Virus record (IMG/VR): IMGVR_UViG_3300029720_000418
Coordinates: 3,344 to 67,343 of that record
Direction: 5' to 3' (one strand)
Length of the DNA: 64,000 bases
Source of the DNA: a virus
Below, one piece after another: positions 1-7,533 of the stretch (positions are counted from its first letter, which is position 1; each line of letters opens with the position of its first letter). Under the pieces are notes generated by a model. The model was not told the origin of the DNA, ran no database searches, and worked only from the letters and a program-made list of their open reading frames with translations. The translations under genes were made by a program, and so were the position numbers.

Positions 1-40
1 GATTAAGGAGGAAGTCCTACATGGGCTTCTTTCTTTTGTT

Positions 41-68
41 TTCGCATAAATATCATCCTATTCTATGG
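41..68 (+). promoter_or_regulatory. degenerate copy of the conserved 28-bp promoter-like motif
   Basis: TTCGCATAAATATCATCCTATTCTATGG. Confidence 0.35.
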
Positions 69-80
69 GAGGTGAGAACA

Positions 81-248
81 GTGAAAAACATACTGACGAT
101 TATCATGAGTATAGTATTGGTTCTTATGCTGGCGATTGATATATTTTTCTATCAAAGACCAGAAGGAAGAATGTTTATGCTTATACTCGCAACAATTGGA
201 GGCGTATGCAGCATCATTATGTTTGAACAAGACGAAGCAGAGTCCTAA
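81..248 (+). CDS. small membrane protein (56 aa)
   Basis: GTG start 7 nt after RBS GGGAGGTG. Hydrophobic product. The annotated ATG at 21 lies inside a terminator/promoter cassette. The gene ends in the shared ...EES-stop terminator hairpin. Confidence 0.45.
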   Translation: MKNILTIIMSIVLVLMLAIDIFFYQRPEGRMFMLILATIGGVCSIIMFEQDEAES

Positions 249-267
249 CACGGGCTCTTCTTTTTAT
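237..267 (+). terminator. rho-independent terminator (EES-stop cassette)
   Basis: AGAGTCC-TAACACG-GGCTCT followed by a T-run. The stem encodes the gene's C-terminal E-S-stop. Confidence 0.5.
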
Positions 268-295
268 TTCGCGAAAATTACATACGCTATTATGA
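268..295 (+). promoter_or_regulatory. conserved promoter-like motif copy
   Basis: TTCGCGAAAATTACATACGCTATTATGA. Confidence 0.5.
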
Positions 296-448
296 GAGAA
301 TAAAGTATGTTTGACCGGCCAATTTATAATTGGTGCTTGCGACAAGATAAACAGGAATCGAAGCGCGTACGGAGTGGAACGCTCAATAAAATTTAACGGT
401 ACGTATACAAAGACTCAGGATCAAAAACTTGAGCATTCTCTTTTCTTT

Positions 449-476
449 TTCGCGAAAATTACATTTCCTATTATGA
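449..476 (+). promoter_or_regulatory. conserved promoter-like motif copy
   Basis: TTCGCGAAAATTACATTTCCTATTATGA. Confidence 0.5.
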
Positions 477-505
477 AAAACAATTCATAAAAAGGAGTGA
501 TTTAT

Positions 506-733
506 ATGATGAATTTATATAATTATTTAGCAGTTATGATTACAGAGCGTATGACTGGATTGGATCATACTTGTCTCAAGATTTGGGATTTTTATACATA
601 TGTGTATACATTATCTACAGTTGAGAAAGCTATGAACATTACAATCATAGGTTTGGTATTAATTACTATATGCGTTATAGCAATCATTGTATTAAACAAA
701 TTTGAGAAGAAATTGAAGAGGGAGGAAGCCTAA
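506..733 (+). CDS. small protein with C-terminal TM segment
   Basis: ATG 8 nt after AAGGAG. Followed by a hairpin plus T-run at 721-755. Confidence 0.5.
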   Translation: MMNLYNYLAVMITERMTGLDHTCLKIWDFYTYVYTLSTVEKAMNITIIGLVLITICVIAIIVLNKFEKKLKREEA

Positions 734-878
734 CATGGGCTTCTTCTCTTTTTATTTTTAATCTAGATTAGAATTTTATATTTTACAACACAGACAAACC
801 CATAATAAATGATATTTTGATATTGGAAAAATTCCCGGGTGGGGTTTTCATAAAAACAAAATGGAAGGAGGAAAACAA

Positions 879-1085
879 ATGGTTGCATTAGCGATTACTT
901 TGGTGATTACCAACATTCTTTGGCTTTTATATTTTCAGTGGTGGCGGAAGAAGAAAACATTGGGATCTATCATTATTACGGACGAAGACTCTTTGTACGT
1001 AGAATTGGAAGATCACGAGTCTATGGATAAGATTCATAAGAGTAAAGATGTTATTTTTTCAGTGCATATGGAATCGCGTAAATAA
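879..1085 (+). CDS. small membrane protein (N-terminal TM)
   Basis: RBS GGAAGGAGG upstream of an internal ATG. The first 25 residues are hydrophobic. Confidence 0.5.
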   Translation: MVALAITLVITNILWLLYFQWWRKKKTLGSIIITDEDSLYVELEDHESMDKIHKSKDVIFSVHMESRK

Positions 1086-1125
1086 CGTGGGCTATTATGA
1101 ATAAAATTTAAGGAGGTATAAAGCA

Positions 1126-1482
1126 ATGGACAAAATTAAGGAAGCATTGTGGAATGACTACGAGGAGAAGAAGGGATTATTGAATGACATGGAACCAGGC
1201 TCAGACGAGTATAAGGTTGTTGCATCAGAAGTCGATAATATCCGGAAAGAGCTTATTGATGTCGATAAGACTGTAGCTGAGAACGAATTTAAGGTTACTC
1301 AGGCGGCAGACGATTCGAAGAAAGAGAAGACTCGGAACCGGATTTCTATCGGAACTTTTATTACATCAACCGCATTATCGTTGTATGCCATTGGAAAGAC
1401 ATTCAAATTTGATTCGTCATCGACAGTCACATCCACATTGGGTCGGAATATTTTGAATGCGTTTATTCCAAAGAAGAGATAA
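1126..1482 (+). CDS. hypothetical protein (118 aa), coiled-coil N-terminus and C-terminal TM
   Basis: RBS TAAGGAGG 8 nt upstream of the ATG. Confidence 0.55.
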   Translation: MDKIKEALWNDYEEKKGLLNDMEPGSDEYKVVASEVDNIRKELIDVDKTVAENEFKVTQAADDSKKEKTRNRISIGTFITSTALSLYAIGKTFKFDSSSTVTSTLGRNILNAFIPKKR

Positions 1483-1524
1483 TTATTCAAAACGGGACGC
1501 TGAGGAAACTTGGCGTCTTAGTTT

Positions 1525-1552
1525 TTCGCGAAATAAACATCGACTATTATGA
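1525..1552 (+). promoter_or_regulatory. conserved promoter-like motif copy
   Basis: TTCGCGAAATAAACATCGACTATTATGA. Confidence 0.5.
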
Positions 1553-1625
1553 AAGGATGATATATAATTATTTATATTATTGTCCTTATCTTAACGGAAA
1601 GGGCTTGCTTTAAGGAGGCAGGTAA

Positions 1626-1781
1626 ATGGAAGATAACATGAAAGAATTTGTTGCATTCAGTAGAAAACTACTGAGAAGTTTGAAAGAACTTCGTGAACTT
1701 CTGGCTAAGGACGATAAGGAATTAGCTTTGAAGAAACTCGATGAGTTGATTGACGATACTCAGAAGGATATTGAAGCATAA
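1626..1781 (+). CDS. small helical peptide (51 aa)
   Basis: Below the ORF-track size cut-off. RBS AGGAGG. It lies between promoter copy 1525-1552 and a terminator at ~1795-1840. Confidence 0.4.
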   Translation: MEDNMKEFVAFSRKLLRSLKELRELLAKDDKELALKKLDELIDDTQKDIEA

Positions 1782-1848
1782 TATCAAGTTATCAGAAATG
1801 GCCTGTGGTTGAAAAATCGCAGGCTCTTTCTTTTTTATATATTTTATT

Positions 1849-2208
1849 ATGAGATATCATTACGAAAAACCAGAACTATACAATTCAATATATGGGCAGA
1901 TATACGAATGTAATCACCCAGTCTATAGCAGGTGCACATTATATTTGATAGGTAATAAGGGCTTAGCTGTGATCCAGCAGCGGTATAATCCGGAGAATAA
2001 AACAACTTGGTGGTCGGAGATAGATCCATGGTTGAATAATGCTTTATATTTACATCCAGGATTTAAGAAGTTTTTCGATGAGAGAGCTGGAGAGCCAGTC
2101 GAAGGATTGTATCCGACCGTATCAGTACGGCAAATCATGTGGGCTTTGAAGATGAAACCAATAAAGCGAGAACGATGGGAAACATGTTTTGATCGGCGAT
2201 ATATTTGA
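1849..2208 (+). CDS. hypothetical protein (119 aa)
   Basis: Long ORF immediately after a terminator. No SD: the ATG sits in a TATTATGAGA -10-like box, so the transcript may be leaderless. Confidence 0.4.
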   Translation: MRYHYEKPELYNSIYGQIYECNHPVYSRCTLYLIGNKGLAVIQQRYNPENKTTWWSEIDPWLNNALYLHPGFKKFFDERAGEPVEGLYPTVSVRQIMWALKMKPIKRERWETCFDRRYI

Positions 2209-2209
2209 A

Positions 2210-2238
2210 TTCGCGTAGAAAACAGAGTGTTTTATGGA
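2210..2238 (+). promoter_or_regulatory. conserved promoter-like motif copy (TAGAAAAC variant)
   Basis: TTCGCGTAGAAAACAGAGTGTTTTATGGA. Confidence 0.45.
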
Positions 2239-2248
2239 GGTGATATTT

Positions 2249-2461
2249 ATGCTTGAACGAATTAAGGCTTATAACCGTCTTAGAAAGAGTAATAAATTCT
2301 TAAAGGGGTGTAAAATAATAGCTGAATTAACAAATGATGATCAAATGATAAAAGCAGCTAACGAAGCACTCTACAAGAACGAAATACTTAAAAGAAAAAT
2401 GTGGTATAAGCGAAAAATGGCGGTATCATACAATTTGGAGTCAATAAAGAATGGGCTTTAA
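2249..2461 (+). CDS. hypothetical small basic protein (70 aa)
   Basis: RBS GGAGGTG. The leader (TTTTATGGAGGTGATATTTATG) and the 3' terminator cassette are duplicated verbatim at 26840-27086. Confidence 0.5.
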   Translation: MLERIKAYNRLRKSNKFLKGCKIIAELTNDDQMIKAANEALYKNEILKRKMWYKRKMAVSYNLESIKNGL

Positions 2462-2466
2462 GAAAT

Positions 2467-2510
2467 AAGATCTAAGACTCAGTGTGGAAATACATTGGGT
2501 CTTTTATTTT
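2467..2510 (+). terminator. rho-independent terminator (cassette duplicated at 27042-27086)
   Basis: GATCTAAGACTCAGTGTGGAAATACATTGGGTCTTTTATTTTT. Confidence 0.5.
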
Positions 2511-2537
2511 TCGCGTAGAAAACATACCCCTTTATGA
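2510..2537 (+). promoter_or_regulatory. conserved promoter-like motif copy (variant)
   Basis: TTCGCGTAGAAAACATACCCCTTTATGA. Confidence 0.45.
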
Positions 2538-2572
2538 AAATAAACTACATTACATAAACGGAGGTATGTATT

Positions 2573-2755
2573 ATGAATATTAAGAAAAAAGAAGCAAAGA
2601 AGATGATTAAATTGTTGGATGATAAGGCAAGATATGCATTGCAAAATATGATGTTTGCGATTGAGCATAAATTACCTATTGAATCGCAGTTTAGAGGAGA
2701 GGCTAAAGCTTATTTGGACTTAAGGGACGAATTAATGCGAGGTTTGAAGAAGTAG
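2573..2755 (+). CDS. hypothetical protein (60 aa)
   Basis: RBS ACGGAGG. Preceded by promoter copy 2510-2537. Confidence 0.5.
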   Translation: MNIKKKEAKKMIKLLDDKARYALQNMMFAIEHKLPIESQFRGEAKAYLDLRDELMRGLKK

Positions 2756-2796
2756 TTATTTGGGAGTAGATTCGACAGAGTCTATTCCTTTTCTTT

Positions 2797-2824
2797 TTCG
2801 CGAAAATTACATGCTGTATTATGA
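2797..2824 (+). promoter_or_regulatory. conserved promoter-like motif copy
   Basis: TTCGCGAAAATTACATGCTGTATTATGA. Confidence 0.5.
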
Positions 2825-2853
2825 GGAAATCAAAGAAAGGAAGGTATATTTAT

Positions 2854-3030
2854 ATGATACTTACAACATTATTAATTATTGCAGCTTTAATAACAATAGT
2901 GGTTTTAGCATTTGCGGTATTAGCCGGAGGTGCAGGATTCTTATTGGTGTTTGGAGATGTAATTGTATTTGTATTGGTGATTGTAGGAATTATTAAATCC
3001 TTAACCAGGAGAAAGAAATCCAAGAAATAG
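2854..3030 (+). CDS. extremely hydrophobic peptide (58 aa)
   Basis: RBS AAGGAAGG. Product is a single long TM stretch with a KK-rich tail. Promoter copy at 2797-2824. Confidence 0.45.
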   Translation: MILTTLLIIAALITIVVLAFAVLAGGAGFLLVFGDVIVFVLVIVGIIKSLTRRKKSKK

Positions 3031-3056
3031 GAGAGCTACGGCTCTCTTATTTTTCG
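3031..3056 (+). terminator. rho-independent terminator (duplicated at 3477-3500)
   Basis: GAGAGCTACGGCTCTC followed by TTATTTTT. Confidence 0.55.
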
Positions 3057-3080
3057 CGAAAAATACTTTCACTATTATGA
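3053..3080 (+). promoter_or_regulatory. conserved promoter-like motif copy
   Basis: TTCGCGAAAAATACTTTCACTATTATGA. Confidence 0.5.
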
Positions 3081-3119
3081 CAATAATAACAGTTTTCATA
3101 AATGAAAGGAGAAAACATT

Positions 3120-3329
3120 ATGATTAAAGCATTGAAGGAGTACAAAGACAAGGTATTGAAACCAGAAATAGCATGGCTGAAAAGACACTGGATTGGGTTC
3201 TTAGTGTATTTGGTAATATGCTTTATTACGGGGTTTGTATCAACGATGGTACGTAATATCAAAGAAAAGAAGAAGCATAATGAAGACGATTATTATGAAG
3301 ATCGTTATGGCAAAGAGGAGGAGTCCTAA
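3120..3329 (+). CDS. small membrane protein (69 aa)
   Basis: RBS GAAAGGAG. Central TM segment. The C-terminal EES is encoded by the terminator stem. Confidence 0.5.
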   Translation: MIKALKEYKDKVLKPEIAWLKRHWIGFLVYLVICFITGFVSTMVRNIKEKKKHNEDDYYEDRYGKEEES

Positions 3330-3345
3330 TGGACTCTTCTTTTTC
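3319..3345 (+). terminator. rho-independent terminator
   Basis: GGAGTCC-TAAT-GGACTC followed by TTCTTTTT. Confidence 0.55.
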
Positions 3346-3370
3346 GCGAAATTTACAAAGCCTATTATGA
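3343..3370 (+). promoter_or_regulatory. conserved promoter-like motif copy
   Basis: TTCGCGAAATTTACAAAGCCTATTATGA. Confidence 0.5.
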
Positions 3371-3400
3371 AAACATATAGGAAAGGAGACAAAATAATTT

Positions 3401-3478
3401 ATGAATGCAGTTATAGCAATATTGGCTGGCGCATTAATTTATGCGATCCTGAACAAGGTGGATAAGGATAAGAAATAG
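3401..3478 (+). CDS. 25-aa hydrophobic micro-peptide
   Basis: Has its own promoter copy (3343-3370), RBS GAAAGGAG and terminator. The terminator GAGAGCTACGGCTCTC is identical to the one after 2854-3030. Confidence 0.3.
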   Translation: MNAVIAILAGALIYAILNKVDKDKK

Positions 3479-3500
3479 GAGAGCTACGGCTCTCTTATTT

Positions 3501-3528
3501 TTCGCAAAATTTTCATTGGCTATTATGA
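3501..3528 (+). promoter_or_regulatory. conserved promoter-like motif copy
   Basis: TTCGCAAAATTTTCATTGGCTATTATGA. Confidence 0.45.
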
Positions 3529-3554
3529 AATAATATTTTTAAGGAGGGCTTAGT

Positions 3555-3758
3555 ATGAAAAAGGCTATTAAAATTATCGGAAAGATTACGAAATGGTATT
3601 TAATATTAGATGCGATTGTATGTGCATATATTGGAGTATGCCGGATGATCCATTTGGTTATGAAATATCCCCAAAAATCTATTCTGGAAATAGACGAAAT
3701 AGCTTTGGATGAGGCTGACGCTGAATTCAAAAAATATTATAACAAATATATTAAATAA
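3555..3758 (+). CDS. small membrane protein (67 aa)
   Basis: RBS TAAGGAGGG. N-terminal TM segment. Confidence 0.5.
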   Translation: MKKAIKIIGKITKWYLILDAIVCAYIGVCRMIHLVMKYPQKSILEIDEIALDEADAEFKKYYNKYIK

Positions 3759-3804
3759 GAGGGCTTCGGCTCTCTTATTTTTCAATAAGAAAGGAGATGA
3801 TCTA

Positions 3805-4584
3805 TTGATCAATGCAAAATTATTTCTCAAAAGACACTCTTCAACAATTTTAGCATGTCTTGGATGTGCAGGGGTTATAGTGACTTCTGTAACGGCTGTA
3901 CGAGCAACCCCAAAGGCTATTAAACTATTAGAAGAAGCCGAAGAAAACAAAGGATCTGAATTAACAACATGGGAAAAAGCCAAGACAACGACGAAAGCAT
4001 ATTTACCGTCGATATTGTTTGGTGTTTCAACCATTGCGTGTATTGCCGGTTCTTCGATTCTTTCATATAACACCCAGAAATCTATGGCAAGTGCATACGC
4101 TTTGATAAATCAATCGTATCGAGATTATCGTAGAAAAGCAAAAGATATTTACGGCGAAGATGCAGATAGAAAGATTCTTGATGCGATCATTGCTGAAAAA
4201 GCGAAGACTATGTACGTAGAAGCTCCTGGTATTTGTGATTGTGCGACCTTATACATCGACGAGAATCACGGAGAGAAACGATTGTTCTACGACGAATATG
4301 GCAAGCGATTCTTTGAATCAACGTTGGAGCAAGTTATATCAGCGGAGTATCATACGAACCGTAATTTTGTATTACGCGGATCACAGATGCTAAATGAATT
4401 CTATGGGTTCCTGGGTTTGGAACCTACTGATTTTGGTTGGGAAGCTGGATGGTGTGTTATGGATGAGTTTTATTGGATTGATTTTGATCATAGTGAAATT
4501 GAAATCGATGGCAAGAAATGTATCGTCATTCGGATGCCATGGGAACCTAAAATCGGATACGACGATGATAATTATTACTATTAA
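3805..4584 (+). CDS. paralog A of a two-TM membrane protein family (with 5150-5929 and 7534-8466)
   Basis: TTG start 8 nt after AAGGAG. Shares the N-terminal motif K-HS..IL..LG.AG..V.AA.ATPKA and a second TM. Also shares the C-terminal FYxxxGL...IGW domain. Confidence 0.6.
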   Translation: MINAKLFLKRHSSTILACLGCAGVIVTSVTAVRATPKAIKLLEEAEENKGSELTTWEKAKTTTKAYLPSILFGVSTIACIAGSSILSYNTQKSMASAYALINQSYRDYRRKAKDIYGEDADRKILDAIIAEKAKTMYVEAPGICDCATLYIDENHGEKRLFYDEYGKRFFESTLEQVISAEYHTNRNFVLRGSQMLNEFYGFLGLEPTDFGWEAGWCVMDEFYWIDFDHSEIEIDGKKCIVIRMPWEPKIGYDDDNYYY

Positions 4585-4612
4585 TTCGCGAAAACAACAT
4601 TTACTATTATGA
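4585..4612 (+). promoter_or_regulatory. conserved promoter-like motif copy
   Basis: TTCGCGAAAACAACATTTACTATTATGA. Confidence 0.5.
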
Positions 4613-4636
4613 AAAATGCAAAAGGAGGGTCTTAAT

Positions 4637-4801
4637 ATGAATAAGGCAGATTTGAAGTTTTTGAGAAAGGCAGGATTTAACATTGCTTTCGGAGTTATCG
4701 TGGGTAAAGAATTAGGCGAATTCGTTACGCAGGTAGCTTATCGATTTGCAATTAAAATGATGGCCAAGAAAACGCCAGAATCAACCAAGACTGAAGAGTA
4801 A
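4637..4801 (+). CDS. hypothetical small protein (54 aa)
   Basis: RBS AAAGGAGGG. Promoter copy at 4585-4612. Confidence 0.45.
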   Translation: MNKADLKFLRKAGFNIAFGVIVGKELGEFVTQVAYRFAIKMMAKKTPESTKTEE

Positions 4802-4890
4802 TTTTCAAATAGAGGATTCAATGGAAATATTGGGTCTTCTATTTTTTCAGCACGAAGACATCTGGAATCAATGATATTTTGATAGCGGGA

Positions 4891-4919
4891 TTCGCACGAA
4901 ATACATTGGCTATTATGGA
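4891..4919 (+). promoter_or_regulatory. conserved promoter-like motif copy
   Basis: TTCGCACGAAATACATTGGCTATTATGGA. Confidence 0.45.
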
Positions 4920-4936
4920 AAGGAGGTAAGCTATCT

Positions 4937-5110
4937 ATGAAAGAAAAGTTTAATTCAACGACAGTTTTGAGCGCCGTTGTAACTGCGATGGGAGTGATTG
5001 GAACATTACTTTCATTTAAGGTTCAGAACGATGATCGGGAACTGTTGAAGGAAGAATTAAAAGAAGAGCTTAGAGAAGAGCTTAGCAACGAAGATAAAGA
5101 GGAGTCCTAA
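4937..5110 (+). CDS. small membrane peptide (57 aa) with an EELKEELREEL acidic tail
   Basis: RBS AGGAGGTAAG. Promoter copy at 4891-4919. Ends in the GAGGAGTCCTAA terminator stem. Confidence 0.4.
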   Translation: MKEKFNSTTVLSAVVTAMGVIGTLLSFKVQNDDRELLKEELKEELREELSNEDKEES

Positions 5111-5149
5111 CACGGGCTCTTCTTTTATATTTGATAGGAGGAATCAAAC

Positions 5150-5929
5150 ATGAGTAAAGAATCATTTGCGAGATTTGTGAAAAGCACAAAAAGAGGTCTC
5201 GTAAAACACAGTCCGGAAATCTTAACCGGATTAGGAATCGCAGGAATGATATCATCTGTCGTTCTTGCAGCAAAAGCAACACCTAAAGCACTTCAGTTGA
5301 TTGAAGAAGCGAAGGATAAGGCGGATACAGACAAGCTTACAGTACCAGAAACAATCAAGGCAGCATGGAAGCCATATATTCCAGTTGTACTTACATGTGG
5401 TGCATCCGTAGCTTGTATCATTGGTGCCAATACGGTAAATACACGTCGTAATGCTGCTCTTGCTACAGCATATGAGCTCTCGAGAAATGCTCTGACCGAG
5501 TATAAGGAGCGTGTTGTAGAGGAGATCGGTAAGGAAAAGGAACAGAAGATACAGGAAAAGGTTGCTCAGAAAAAAGTAGACAATACACCTGTTACATCCG
5601 AGGTTATTGTAACTGGAGGCGGGGACATATTGTTCCTTGAACCTGTATCAGAGAGATATTTCAAATCCGATGTTGAGACTATTCGTAGAATCATCAACGA
5701 TTTGAACTATCGATTAATGAATGGCAGCGAGGAGTATGTATCGTTGAGTGATTTCTATGATGAAGTCGGTTTGACTCATACGGCAATCAGTAATGATATT
5801 GGGTGGAATTTGAATCATGATGGTCAGATATCGGTCAGCTTGCCCGCAACAAAGACAGACAAGGGAGAGCCATGCCTGATGTTGGATTATCATGTAGCAC
5901 CGCGGTACGATTATTCAAAATTATCGTAA
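5150..5929 (+). CDS. paralog B of the two-TM membrane protein family
   Basis: RBS GGAGGAAT. N- and C-terminal similarity to 3805-4584 and 7534-8466 is visible by eye. Confidence 0.65.
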   Translation: MSKESFARFVKSTKRGLVKHSPEILTGLGIAGMISSVVLAAKATPKALQLIEEAKDKADTDKLTVPETIKAAWKPYIPVVLTCGASVACIIGANTVNTRRNAALATAYELSRNALTEYKERVVEEIGKEKEQKIQEKVAQKKVDNTPVTSEVIVTGGGDILFLEPVSERYFKSDVETIRRIINDLNYRLMNGSEEYVSLSDFYDEVGLTHTAISNDIGWNLNHDGQISVSLPATKTDKGEPCLMLDYHVAPRYDYSKLS

Positions 5930-5957
5930 TTCGCGAAAAATACAAGCACTATTATGA
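5930..5957 (+). promoter_or_regulatory. conserved promoter-like motif copy
   Basis: TTCGCGAAAAATACAAGCACTATTATGA. Confidence 0.5.
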
Positions 5958-5992
5958 CAGAGTAAAAAATTATATTTAAGGAGGACGAAACT

Positions 5993-6298
5993 ATGTCGAG
6001 AAACAATGTTAAGAACGAGGAAGTAAAGGATGTCGAGGTTGTCGACGAGAAGGATGTTGAAGTTGTAGACAACAACGCAACTGATGAAAACTCAAAGGCT
6101 GATGCCAAGGAGGAATCAAAGGTTAAGAAGATCTTAAATAAGATCAAGAAACCGGTTTCCTACATTGGTGCGGCAGTTGGTGGATTCGCAGTAGCGATGT
6201 TGATCTCAGCAGCAAGACAGGACGAAGATGATCAGGATGGACTGTACTACCTTGAAGGAGACAAAGAGGATGACAGTAGCAAAACAACTGAAGAGTAA
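5993..6298 (+). CDS. acidic/lysine-rich small protein with C-terminal TM segment
   Basis: RBS TAAGGAGG. Promoter copy at 5930-5957. Confidence 0.5.
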   Translation: MSRNNVKNEEVKDVEVVDEKDVEVVDNNATDENSKADAKEESKVKKILNKIKKPVSYIGAAVGGFAVAMLISAARQDEDDQDGLYYLEGDKEDDSSKTTEE

Positions 6299-6377
6299 TT
6301 TGTACGATCAGTCAGAAGGGTGATGCCTATACAAGGCATTTCCCTTTTTCTTTTTTTTTTTGAAGGAGGTTATGTCT

Positions 6378-6569
6378 ATGTATAGATACATATTTGAAGG
6401 TCAGGTTTCAGAATCAAACCATCTTATTACAAATAGATGGAGAGGTGAAACTTGGGCAAATTCAGAAGCCAAAGCCAGAAATAATTTGGCTTATCAATTT
6501 AAGAAAGCCAGTAACAGACCATCGATGGCAAAAATCGTGTTACATGGTCCGATTGTGAAGGCAAGCTAA
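6378..6569 (+). CDS. hypothetical protein (63 aa)
   Basis: RBS GAAGGAGG with an ATG at spacing 8. Confidence 0.45.
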   Translation: MYRYIFEGQVSESNHLITNRWRGETWANSEAKARNNLAYQFKKASNRPSMAKIVLHGPIVKAS

Positions 6570-6582
6570 AGGAGGGTGACAG

Positions 6583-7203
6583 ATGAGTTTAGACATTGAA
6601 TGCAAACCTAACTCACACAAGGCAAAGCAGGAGGCAGCAACAAAAAAGGGTGCTCCGAAGATTAAAAAGGTAGTATCCGGAACTGTCAAAACAAAAAAGA
6701 AGAAAGGAGTAAGTAAGCTTAAGGAAGCATTGATCGCTGATAGTGCAAAAGACGTTGGTTCTCATGCATTTTTGGATGTACTGATTCCAGCAATGAAGAA
6801 GGCATTTTCTGATATTATCAAGGACGGTGTCGACATGATTTTGTACGGCGAAACTCGTGGACGGAAAAGTAGCTCAAACGCTTCTTATGTGTCATATCGA
6901 ACATATTCGGACAGAGATCGAGATAGAAGAGATGATCGCAGATCTTCAAATTCTATATTTAATTTGGACGATATTATCTTGGAATCTCGAGATGATGCAA
7001 ATGATGTATTAGATGCAATGGGCGATCTGATTGAAACTTATGAATCTGTGAGCGTTGCTGATTTATATGATTTGATCGGCATCGATGTGTCCGGTAGATA
7101 TACGTACAACGACTATGGATGGACGAGTCTTAGAAATGCAGATATTGTCTCAGTACGTGATGGATATTGGATCAAGCTTCCTAGACCAAGACCAATTAAG
7201 TAG
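6583..7203 (+). CDS. hypothetical protein: K-rich N-terminus, RD-repeat linker, C-terminus related to the paralog family
   Basis: RBS AAAGGAGGG. The C-terminal LYDLIGID...YNDYGW resembles FYDEVGL...IGW of 5150-5929. Confidence 0.55.
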   Translation: MSLDIECKPNSHKAKQEAATKKGAPKIKKVVSGTVKTKKKKGVSKLKEALIADSAKDVGSHAFLDVLIPAMKKAFSDIIKDGVDMILYGETRGRKSSSNASYVSYRTYSDRDRDRRDDRRSSNSIFNLDDIILESRDDANDVLDAMGDLIETYESVSVADLYDLIGIDVSGRYTYNDYGWTSLRNADIVSVRDGYWIKLPRPRPIK

Positions 7204-7214
7204 GAGAGATACAC

Positions 7215-7529
7215 ATGAATGATATTTTGAAATCTGAATATTCAGAACAGTTTGATAAGGAACGAAAGAGCAGGATTGAAATTTCGTTTCATAAATATGG
7301 TTCAGCAAGAGATAACTTTGCAAGCGGCAGAGTGGACGCACTTGCTACTGCTGAGTTATGTCTGGACGCATTTAAGAAAGATCATAACAGCGAGCATTTG
7401 ATCGATGCTGCAAATTATTTGATGTTCCGGTTTAAGTATCCTATGCCGGGAGATCATTTTACACCGACAGACTCGAGCGGAAGTGTCGGAACAGTTGGTA
7501 CACCAATAAATATGGAAAAGGAGATTTAA
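7215..7529 (+). CDS. hypothetical protein (104 aa)
   Basis: RBS TAGGAGAG. Tightly packed with its neighbours. Confidence 0.5.
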   Translation: MNDILKSEYSEQFDKERKSRIEISFHKYGSARDNFASGRVDALATAELCLDAFKKDHNSEHLIDAANYLMFRFKYPMPGDHFTPTDSSGSVGTVGTPINMEKEI

Positions 7530-7533
7530 TATT

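Noticed and set aside
2760-2996. ORF 2760-2996 (78 aa)
   Set aside because: It starts inside a terminator and reads through a promoter copy and RBS. The Cys-rich sequence is a frame artefact of the hydrophobic gene 2854-3030.
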